Shown here: piece after piece, positions 1-11,700 of the stretch | Layout of the letters: every line of letters starts with the position of its first letter | Position numbering within the stretch: position 1 is the first letter of the stretch | NCBI GenBank assembly: GCA_002269645.1 | Contig: NIVC01000169.1 | Location: forward strand, 1 to 64,000 | Length of the DNA: 64,000 bases | Direction of reading: 5' to 3' | Source of the DNA: Macrostomum lignano | Lineage: Eukaryota | Position numbers and translations under genes: made by a program | The notes under the pieces: model-generated | Told to the model about the DNA's origin: nothing | Database searches by the model: none | Seen by the model: the letters and a program-made list of their open reading frames with translations, nothing else

Positions 1-1668
1 TTAACCTAAATATATTCAATTTTTTCAGTTATTAAATTATCTATGTCTTAAATTTATATGCAATACTTGCTTCAAAAAATAAGCTGTCACATCATGTTTT
101 AAAATTATATTAAAATGAAGCATGCCAAAAGAACTTTGCTAACTCCTTGCTATGCTGTGCAGCAGTACTTGTTGCATGCAAGAATTTTCTCTTAAAAACA
201 TCTTTAAGAGTATAGATCTATTAGTGTTACAACAATACATGGCCTTTTTATATTGCAACAATAAATAATGACCTTTTGGGTTGCATAAAAACCTTTTTAG
301 CTAATAATTTGATGGTGATTTTTTATTTGTTTGACTTTCTATATTGTTCTATTGTTATAAAATATATTGTTATATTACTTTATTCTTTATTTATATTGTA
401 TTATTACTTTTAATATGTTAATTTTTAAGAATTGTCAGCATTTCTTGTATATATATAATAGGCTAGCTGCTTTGCAAATAAACAAAGCATTATTGGCATG
501 CCAATGTGTAGATAATATTGTTGTTTTTGGCATAGTACTGTGGGAGAAGCATTGCCAATAAATAATTGATAATAACAGTTTGCTTTTTTACTTATAACTA
601 AATAAAAAAATTAGATAATATTTATTTAGCTAGCATTACTTAAATAAGGCTTATTTTTTAGCCAATTTCAGTCAAATATAAGTTCATAGCAATTAAAGGT
701 CAGATAGTTTCTTGATTTTGATCCCAAAGTCCTGGAATCTTGACTCTAAAATGAGAAATAAAGAATAGGTTTTGATGATTCAAAATTGATAGAATTAGTA
801 ATTATTTAAATTCATTTTATTTCAACTTTTAGTTGTTACTTTGTTTACTACTATTGTTTTTACTTTTTGATTTTAATCAACTATATGGACCTACAAACTG
901 TGGTACAAAAGACCTAATCTCAATTCCTTAATCCTAATCCCAAACTCAAGAAAAAAATTATTCTAATCTAATCTTGCCTGATGACTTAACTTAAATCCTA
1001 TCTGATCTCTATTAACAATGTCTGTTCAATCAAAGTTATTCAAAATTGATTGAACAATATAATTAAACAGGTTGAGATTTATGAAAAGCAATTGAGCCAT
1101 AAAGTCCATCATTTTGATATTTTTAAAGATTTATGATAAATAGATATAGGCAACTCGTCTTTAATTTACTATTTATAATTTTTGGCATATACTATTATTC
1201 AAGGTATGACATTTTACTATGCCATAAAGTTAAGCTAATGATGTAAAAAATAATTTAAAAACTTTTTTGGAAAGCAAATTTGGATTATATATATATAATA
1301 GGCAATAAGACTTTCTATTATTTTTATATTCCAATTCAAGCATTTCTAAGCACCTGCAAAAGTGGAATTTTTAATATGCACAATATGCTTTTTCAATGTT
1401 TTAATAGTGTTACAAAATTGATTGTAGATACAGTAATATACTTATAAAGAAAAGTGTTATATTAGCATTATATGTAAATAAAACTGTAGTGTCTTTAGAT
1501 ATTGCTTTTGATATTGCTTTTAAATGTAAACAAATTTAAATTTTTTACACTTATTTCAGCTGCAGTGTTATATTTAATAATAATTTTCTTTTTATAATAT
1601 TTTGTCACACATTGCAGTATTTCATAAAATAATTATCCACCTGTCCCACCACCGCTGCTTCTTCGCAG

Positions 1669-4600
1669 AAACATGGGCACCAGCGCGAGGATGTCAGTCC
1701 TAGTCGGCCGCAGCTTTCCTGTCCGTCTGTTTGTCCTCTGTGCGGCAGCGCAGTTCGCATAGCTCAGTGCGGCTGGATGCGAGCAATGCCAGTGTGCGAC
1801 AATGCCCAGTGTCTGTACCCTATGGTGTCCGAGCTGCCTGCCGCCAAACCTAGCCAGGCCCTACACAGACATGCCAGCTAGTCCGCCAGCTGCTAGTTCA
1901 TCTTCTCCGACAGCTAAATTGGATCATTCCGATGCTGACAGCCAGGCTGCATCTATTGAATCAGTTAGCCATCTGCCAGTGGAACCAGATGAAGTGTTTG
2001 TTCACACAATGACCGAGCCTGATCGGTCTGGTCCGTTTACTGCCGCCGCGCTAACTACTGTTCTCTGCGGTCCTGTCCAGCGGCGAGCCAGTGCGGCAGC
2101 TTCAACTTCATCCGGCACCCTGGCCGCGTGCAGCCGCGCCTACGCTAAAGCGCTGCGACTAACCAGAGCGTCGTTGCACCCGGCGCAGGTCTCCTCTGGA
2201 CGAGTTTCAACGAGGCGTCAGTTTCGCAATTTGGAACTTGTCGGCCTGGCCGATATTGAACGGTCGGTGCTGCGCGAGCTGGACTCGCTAGATAGATTAG
2301 TGGCTAAGCCACTCTCCCTAAGCGTCAGCGATGTTCGCGACGATTTTTATGAGACCGCGCATCGGCTATTGAAATCCGACAAGCGATTGGCTAAACAATT
2401 CCAGTCTGTTCACACCCTGCGCCAGGTCTGCACTGTGTGCTTTAAGCAGCACGTTAGCCGGTAAGATGAATAATAAATTGCCTCGGCGCTGGGTGTTCGT
2501 TTTCGTGTGAACAATTACAGCAATTGTGATATTGGTCCAGATCAAGGTTTTAGTCTAGTAAGATTCTTAGACAGTGCTTAACAATAACTTAATGGCCATT
2601 TTTGTGTTTCTGAGTACACGGCGTTATTAACGCTCGTATTGGGTTTGTTAAGCGTCAGAGTTGCAGTGCCATTTGGCATCCTGGGTCCAAGTTCAGATCT
2701 TTAAACAAGTTTCAGAATTCAAAATAAAAAAAATATCAACACCCCTCTACCTCTACCCTTTACACTGCTAAGTCTCTGACCGATAGAAGTTGCAGAAATC
2801 TGCAAACTCCATGTTTACAGATTACCCAACCATTTGACAATTGATAGAAGTCTTGAAAATCCTAAAAATCCATATAATTATAGAGTTATTAATGCCTAAA
2901 ACAGAGGTTAAAATACAAAAAATATATCATTTAAACCAAATGATATCCAGCTTAGAAAAAAACAGGGTGCCAATGTGTCACCCAGGGTTGAAATTTAGGA
3001 TAACGAAATTAATTTAACGCACGCTATGACAAAAAGCCAGTGTAAGACAGAGCAGTACTTCATTAATTTGTTACCGTTTCGTATTCCCAATAATAAACAA
3101 ATGCACAATTACTCTCATTTGTTAGGCAAAAAGCCACCGTACTACGATTGAGCGATCCGGCTACAGATTTCGATCTATTTGATCCCAACAAGCGAGTCTT
3201 CTTGCGGCCTTGCCAACACTGCAGGGCGCCGCAGCAGCGCGTTTTGTTGCGCTGGGAAAAGTACGCGTTGAACTTATGTTGAATAATAATTTAATGTATT
3301 TGTTTGAGACAATGGGATTTTAATTGTCAAGTCTTGTTATTTTTCTCCAGATCCTCAGACGGCCGCCAGCCAATCTCGGACGCAGTTTTCCTAGAGGCCC
3401 GCGACGGCTTGCCCGGCCCAATCCAGCTGAATAAGAGCCTGCGCACGCACGATGGCCTGGCCCTGATACCTACGGCAGCTGTGCAACGATTGACTCGTAG
3501 CAGCCAATCTAACAATCAATTTTATTACTTTATTTGGCTATACAGTCGGGACAGTAAGTTTTGCTTTAATAACTAGCCGACTCTAGTGTGCTTGCGTGTG
3601 TGGTCTGACTGGACTCGCAGATACTATACTAGACCTGCCACTTGGCCAAATTGGCCATTTCAAAATTTGGAGAGGACGCAATCGTAAAAGTTGTTAGAGC
3701 AAGAACAAAACTAGTGGGTTAACTGGTTAAAAATAATAAAACGGGTCAAACTGTTTTCTAAGCTAAATACTTTCTACTGTAACTGTGTGTAGCACGTTCT
3801 AGAATCCATTATACTAAAAGTTGCATTTCTGTCTTTTATTAGGGTGTTTTTAAAATTTTATTTTAAACTTTTTCAGTGTCTAGTCTGTGTGAATGAATAT
3901 TATACTTGTGCCTGTTTTCTATCATAGTGTTTTAAGTACAAGTATTGACTATATAAATGCTATTGTATGTATATTTGTAGACATTCTTTGTGTCTTACCA
4001 CTTTAGGGCAAGCCCGCATCGGTGATCGAAGTGTTATTAATTCGATTCTTGTCGAAAATAGCACTTATTGTGCTGATGCGAGATTGCGATATACTTATAG
4101 TCAGGTGTGGACTTTGCAGAAAAGAAAACGAAATCTTTACGGCTTGCTAAAACAAAAAAAATTGTTTAATCTATTGAGAATTACATATAAACTATAAATC
4201 TGAATTGAAAATCAGTTATGCAAAAAGAACCGAAGTTCACAGCTAGAAACCGACTTTACGGCTTACCAGCATTACCTAGTCCTAAAAATCCAGTCAGAAA
4301 CCGACTTTGCGGCTTTCCAACATTACCTAAAAATCCAGTCAGAAACCGACTTTACGGCTTACCAGCATTACCTAGTCCTAAAAATCCAGTCAGAAACCGA
4401 CTTTGCGGCTTACCAGCATTACCTAGTCCTAAATATCCAGTCAGAAACCGACTTTACGGCTCACCAGCATTACCTAGTCCTAAATATCCAGTCAGAAACC
4501 GACTTTACGGCTTACCAGCATTACCTAGTCCTAAAAATCCAGTCAGAAACCGACTTTGAGGCTTTCCAACATTACCTAAAAATCCAGTCAGAAACCGACT

Positions 4601-7600
4601 TTACGGCTTACCAGCATTACCTAGTCCTAAAAATCCAGTCAGAAACCGACTTTGCGGCTTACCAGCATTACCTAGTCCTAAATATCCAGTCAGAAACCGA
4701 CTTTACGGCTCACCAGCATTACCTAGTCCTAAATATCCAGTCAGAAACCGACTTTACAGCTTACCAGCATTACCTAAAAATCCAGTCAGAAACCGACTTT
4801 ACGGCTTTCCAACATTACCTAAAAATCCAGTCAGAAACCGACTTTACGGCTTACCAGCATTACCTAGTCCTAAATATCCAGTCAGAAACTGACTTTACGG
4901 CTTACCAGCATTACCTAGTCCTAAATATCCAGTCAGAAATCGACTTTACGGCTTACCAGCATTACCTAGTCCTAAATATCCAGTCAGAAACCGACTTTAC
5001 GGCTTACCAACATTACCTAAAATCCAGTCAGAAACCGACTTTACAGCTTACCAACATTATCTAAATATCCAGTCAGAAACCGACTTTACGGCTTACCAAC
5101 ATTATCTAAATATCCAGTCAGCAACCGACTTTACGGCTTACCAACATTATCTAAATATCCAGTCAGAAACCGACTTTACGGCTTACCAACATTATCTAAA
5201 TATCCAGTCAGAAACCGACTTTACGGCTTACCAACATTATCTAAATATCCAGTCAGAAACCGACTTTACGGCTTACCAACATTATCTAAATATCCAGTCA
5301 GAAACCGACTTTACGGCTTACCAACATTATCTAAATATCCAGTCAGAAACCGACTTTACGGCTTACCTAGTCCTAAATATCCAGTCAGAAATCGACTTTA
5401 CGGCTTACCAGCATTACCTAGTCCTAAATATCCAGTCAGAAACCGACTTTACGGCTTACCAACATTACCTAAAAATCCAGTCAGAAACCGACTTTACGGC
5501 TTACCAACATTATCTAAATATCCAGTCAGAAACCGACTTTACGGCTTACCAACATTATCTAAAAATCCAGTCAGAAACCGACTTTACGGCTTACCAACAT
5601 TATCTAAATATCCAGTCAGAAACCGACTTTACGGCTTACCAACATTATCTAAATATCCAGTCAGCAACCGACTTTACGGCTTACCAACATTATCTAAATA
5701 TCCAGTCAGAAACCGACTTTACGGCTTACCAACATTATCTAAATATCCAGTCAGAAACCGACTTTACGGCTTACCAACATTACCTAAAATCCAGTCAGAA
5801 ACCGACTTTACGGCTTACCAACATTATCTAAATATCCAGTCAGAAACCGACTTTACGGCTTACCAACATTACCTAAAAATCCAGTCAGAAACCGACTTTA
5901 CGGCTTACCAACATTATCTAAATATCCAGTCAGAAACCGACTTTACGGCTTACCAACATTATCTAAAAATCCAGTCAGAAACCGACTTTACGGCTTACCA
6001 ACATTATCTAAAAATCCAGTCAGAAACCGACTTTACGGCTTACCAACATTATCTAAAAATCCAGTCAGAAACCGACTTTACGGCTTACCAACATTATCTA
6101 AAAATCCAGTCAGAAACCGACTTTACGGCTTACCAACATTTTCTAAATATCCAGTCAGAAACCGACTTTACGGCTTACCAACATTATCTAAATATCCAGT
6201 CAGAAACCGACTTTGCGGCTTACCAACATTATCTAAATATCCAGTTAGAAACCGACTTTATGGTTTGCTAATAATACCAAAAAATCCAGTCAGAAACCGA
6301 CTTTACGCCTTACCAGCATTTTTTGTAAGAGAACTTTACAGCCTACAGAAATAATTTTGGATTAGAAAATTTTATTGCCTTTAAAACTAAAAAAACGATT
6401 CTTGTATAAAGTATAAAAGATCTAATTAAAAACCACGCGGTGCCTAAAATCATTATAAATCAAGAGTCTTCCCAGTGAGAGACTGACTTTACGGCTATAT
6501 AGTTGCGAATGATAATTATTAAGCACAAAGGAAGGAGCCAGTGCGGCTTGGTGGCGGCTCGCGAATCAACTTCAAGAAGGTTCGACTAAGGTAAAATGCT
6601 CCTTCCTGATGAGTTGCTTACTTGCTCTACATATAGTTTGATTAAGTCAGGCTCCCACTGAACAAATGGTCTTGAAAAGTTAGCCATTAATCGCGTGCAA
6701 CAAAACTCATTGAAAAGTTGAAATTCAAGTAAGTTCCGACCCGACTTATCTGCAAGCATCCAGTTTCGTTAATAAACCGTAGATTATAAGTAATTTTTGC
6801 TCCCTTTGATGCCGTCTGGGTTTCCTTTACACTCACTCTAATAATCTCGTGACTAAAAAATGTGCCAAGCAATAAACAGTATATCAAGCGTCAATATAAA
6901 AATGCCAATCTAGAGGTGAAATTGATTGATAAGTCGGGTAAGTCTGGCTATCGACCATAGACAAAACGAATGACTTCTACACTGGCACCACAGGTTGGCA
7001 TTCTATGTTTACGCTCGATATTCTATGGTAATATCTGGTCTGACCTGTCAATAAAGTTAAGCATACGTAATTGGTACAGTCAACAATTAGCTCATATTAA
7101 AAACAGGTAACAGAATTTAGTCTCCTTTTTAGCCCAAGCTGCTTCTCTTAAACTGTGCCATTTTAACCCTACCAGACCGATATCTGTCACTATATATTAA
7201 TCTGTAGATGCCCGCTGGATGCGCCTGGGTCCAAATAGCGACTCTGCTCTGCCGGCCCTGGCCTGCCATGACATTGCCTCGGCGCCGAACTTTCAGTCTG
7301 GCGAATTAGTCGCCGCACTGTTTGAACGCGACTGTCCAGCTGGCGACGCTGGCGGCACAGAGCCGTCTAGTAGCTTTACTAAAACCTGCGACGGGTCTGG
7401 GCGGAGCTCGGCCGCTCTGCCTCCAGTTTATCGACAGCCACCCGCTGCTGCTGCTGTGACCGCTCCGCCAGTTGCTGCGACCGCCGATGCCAACAATGAC
7501 GAGTTGGACCTTCTAGACGAATTGTTCGGCACGCCTCCGCCGCAGTCCACAGTAAGCCCCAGCGCCAACCTTCAATCAAGACTTCGTTCCGTGATGGCAA

Positions 7601-7998
7601 AACGTCGCGCCGATTCGGCCGTTTCGTCAGCGTCGGCGTCTGTCGGTGCAGCCTCGGTTCGTTCGGATCCGACAGTTTGCGGCCAGCTGCCGCTGCCGGC
7701 CAGCTCCGGCCGCGGTTTTGTACTGTCGCGTTTCCTCAGCTCCGCCGCTAAGCCGGCCGACGATCGACGACTGCCGGCTTACAGCGAGGACCGACACCTG
7801 CTAGCGCCGGCTGACGAGCAGCCGCGCCGGCGACGGCGACCCGGCTCTGTCGGCGAGGAGGAACAGGAGCAGCAGGCGGCTGAAGCATCGGCAGCGCTAC
7901 GGGCCGAGCCGCAGTTGAAGCGGGTGCGCACAGCGGAACAGGGACTGCAGGTGGATGCGCAGCGGGCATCGCTACTAGAGTTGGCCAAGTTCAAATAA
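1669..7998 (+). CDS. USPL1: USPL1-like (SUMO isopeptidase family) protein, probably catalytically dead. Exons ~1669-2460 (frame break near 1855-1880), 3126-3260, 3351-3553, 7208-7998; first exon/ATG not identified
   Basis: Phase-consistent GT-AG junctions at 2460/3126, 3260/3351 and 3553/7208. The spliced protein contains CPLC...CDNAQCLYP (like the USPL1 N-terminal CPxC...CEDLQCIYP), VRDDF..LLKSDKRLAKQF..CTVC, RPCQHC..QQRVLLRWEK, VFLEARDGLP, NNQFYYFIW and GELVAALFER, in the same order as human USPL1 motifs recalled from memory. Confidence 0.75.
4240..6320 (+). repeat. 45/51-bp minisatellite in the USPL1-like intron
   Basis: Unit aaatatccagtcagaaaccgactttacggcttaccaacattatct, with a variant carrying an extra agtcct. 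Confidence 0.95.
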
Positions 7999-8764
7999 AT
8001 TATAAATATTAACCCTATAGTTTGGACACCCAAACAGTGCTCCTTTGCCGTAATGCGCCGTCTATTTGTATATAAGCTTGTTCTGTTCTCTTAATGTCAG
8101 TTATGCAGCCTGTGCGGTCTTTGTGTGTTTAACTATTTGCTTGCTATAAGCATTATCTGAATATAATAAAATATAATGCAAAAAAACATTTTGCTCTATT
8201 TTCTCTGTTCAGGAATGCTTAGTAATTAATGCTGTATTGTTCAAATCTATCGAACGGTAAAATTTGCTTTGTAATTATTTTATATATTAAAGTACAAGCA
8301 GAGATTAAAGTACATAATAACCGATAAGCCGCTGGTAAACGTGCAAAGTACATATACAATCGTACATATTGCTAATTTCAAATATCGGTGCACTAGTACT
8401 AGATTAACAGTCAGCCAGATTAGTTTATCTTAGTTTCTGATAAAACAACAAAAAATTAATTTGATTTTAGAGGGTAGAAAAAGCACGCAGAGAACTACTG
8501 TAGGTGTACATGTACATGGCGCACGGACAACTGCAGTAGCAGGGTGGTACACTTGATTTTCTTAGAAATGAGCTAGAGGCTGATTAGGAACGTTTAATCG
8601 GATTTTTCTCGACTGAATTTGTCTATGGCAAATTTGTTTTGTTTTGGCCATAGACATAAATAAACGGGAGACTATTTCCAATTGGCCGCGGTACTTTACT
8701 GAAATCGACTATCAATCAAATATACGATAGCTGATAATATCAATGAAGTTGTCAAAGCGTTATC

Positions 8765-11700
8765 TTAGCCTGGCTGGGACTGGACATCCCAGTAGGCCGG
8801 AGGCGGCGGCTGCTGCGACAGATTAATCGGGTATGGTGGCGGCTGTTGCTGCTCCTGTCCGTAGTAGTTTAACGGCTGCTCAGTCGGCTTGTTGATCAAG
8901 TCATTTGAAGCTGGAGCCAAGGTCGGCCGATTATCATGGCCACCCGCGGCTACAACAATCGGTTCTGCTACTTGAACGTTTGACATTTGTAGCGCCGGAT
9001 TGGTGTGCGCCACGGATACTGAGGCGCTTTGCGATTGGCTGAAATTTAGGTGTACATGGCATATTACATGTACACATGATTGAGTCTTGGGCGGATTTTG
9101 ACCTCCGTTGGTATTGTCAGATTCGATTATGACTACTGAGAAAAGTATACAAATAAAGATTTGAATCGTAGAATGTATCACATATCGCAAAGATGTCACG
9201 AAACGTCTGTGCACACAGAGTGGTGGGAAAGTACGATGTGTGATAATGGCCGACTGACAGAGGCAAACCAAGCCAGAAACCGGTCTCGGTATGCCTGCAT
9301 GAAGTTTGACCCATTTTTTAGTATCACAGGTAAATTGAGTGCGAATGATTCATCATGTCAGAATTTCTCTATTGATAAGTAGAAAGTATGGAGTGTAGCG
9401 CGAAAAATCTATGCAATGAACATACTAGACGTTGTTCAGCGCTAGCCTAGCTCACACATTGGATGGAGCCAGTTGAGGGCAATATCACACCCAGGTACAT
9501 GCCATGTACAGTTGTACACGACAGAACTGACGATTTTGGCCCAAGGACAGTTATTTTACAGGAAAACTATAGCTATTGAAGGTGATCTTCTAAACTATTA
9601 ACATTAACTTTAACGGTAAACTCTAACTTTAGCTGGTTCATTTTTGTCACTATAGTTTCCCAAAAGCTTGAAACATTAAGCATCTTCAACACGAGAAAAT
9701 GTTTTATGATATAATCTACCTTCACGAACTTTACGCACCTGTTCTTGTGCCTTTTGTAGCCCTTGTAGCATCGGTCAGCGATGTAGACGCAGACGCAGCA
9801 GCCCAGCACCACGCCAACGCAGAGTCCGATGACTCGGCCGCTGCTGCAATTGACGCATGCGAATTTGTACTTTTACTTTGACCTTCTCGTATCTTAATCT
9901 TACTTTAAGCTTACTCATGATTCATATGAGCTTGATCTCATGATTGTTATGAGCTTGATCTCGTGACTGTTATGAGCTTGATCTCATGATTCATATGAGC
10001 TTGATCTCATGATTGTTATGAGCTTGATCTCGTGACTGTTATGAGCTTGATCTCATGACTGTTATGAGCTTGATCTCATGATTGTTATGAGCTTGATCTC
10101 ATGATTGTTATGAGCTTGATCTCATGATTGTTATGAGCTTGATCTCGTGACTGTTATGAGCTTGATCTCATGACTGTTATGAGCTTGATCTCATGATTGT
10201 TATGAGCTTGATCTCGTGACTGTTATGAACTTGATCTCATGATTGCTATGAGCTTGATCTCGTGATTGTTATGAGCTTGATCTCGTGATTGCTATGAGCT
10301 TGATCTCATGATTGCTATGAGCTTGATCTCATGACTGTTATGAGCTTGATCTCGTGACTGTTATGAGCTTGATCTCATGATTGTTATGAGCTTGATCTCG
10401 TGACTGTTATGAACTTGATCTCATGATTGCTATGAGCTTGATCTCGTGATTGTTATGAGCTTGATCTCGTGATTGCTATGAGCTTGATCTCATGATTGCT
10501 ATGAGCTTGATCTCATGACTGTTATGAGCTTGATCTCATGATTGTTATGAGCTTGATCTCATGATTGTTATGAGCTTGATCTCGTGATTGTTATGAGCTT
10601 GATCTCATGATTGCTATGAGCTTGATCTCGTGATTGTTATGAGCTTGATCTCGTGATTGCTATGAGCTTGATCTCATGATTGCTATGAGCTTGATCTCAT
10701 GACTGTTATGAGCTTGATCTCATGATTGCTATGAGCTTGATCTCATGATTGTTATGAGCTTGATCTCATGATTGCTATGAGCTTGATCTCATGATTGCTA
10801 TGAGCTTGATCTCATGATTGTTATGAGCTTGATCTCATGATTGCTATGAGCTTGATCTCATGATTGCTATAAGCTTGATCTCATGATTGCTATGAGCTTG
10901 ATCTCATGATTGCTATGAGCTTGATCTCATGATTGCTATGAGCTTGATTTCACTCTTCACATGAGCTTGATCTCATAATTGCTATGAGCTTGATTTCACT
11001 CTTCTCATGAGCTTGATCTCATAATTGTTATGAGCTTGATTTCACTCTTCTCATGAGCTTGATCTCATGATTGTTATGAGCTTGATCTCATGATTGTTAT
11101 GAGCTTGATCTCATGATTGTTATGAGCTTGATCTCATGATTGTTATGAGCTTGATCTCATGACTGTTATGAGCTTGATCTCATAATACTTATGAGATTGA
11201 TCTCATGATTTTTATGAGCTTGATCTCATTATTCTTATGAGCTTGATCTCATGATTTTTATGAGCTTGATCTCATGATTCTTATGAGCTTGATCTCATGA
11301 TTTTTATGAGCTTGATCTCATGATTGTTATGAGCTTGATCTCGTGACTGTTATGAGCTTGATCTCATGACTGTTATGAGCTTGATCTCATGATTGTTATG
11401 AGCTTGATCTCATGATTGTTATGAGCTTGATCTCATGATTGTTATGAGCTTGATCTCATGATTCTTATGAGCTTGATCTCATGATTTTTATGAGCTTGAT
11501 CTCATGATTGTTATGAGCTTGATCTCATGATTGTTATGAGCTTGATCTCATGATTGTTATGAGCTTGATCTCATGATTGTTATGAGCTTGATCTCGTGAC
11601 TGTTATGAGCTTGATCTCATGACTGTTATGAGCTTGATCTCATGATTGTTATGAGCTTGATCTCGTGACTGTTATGAGCTTGATCTCATGACTGTTATGA

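Noticed and set aside
2668-2975. hAT-like terminal motifs tggcatcctg and cagggtgcca
   Set aside because: They face outward, and no matching partner end or target-site duplication was found.
6530-6590. Possible cassette exon in the USPL1-like intron (donor aag|gtaaaa)
   Set aside because: In the required phase it ends in a stop, and exon 3553 joins 7208 directly with the expected motifs.
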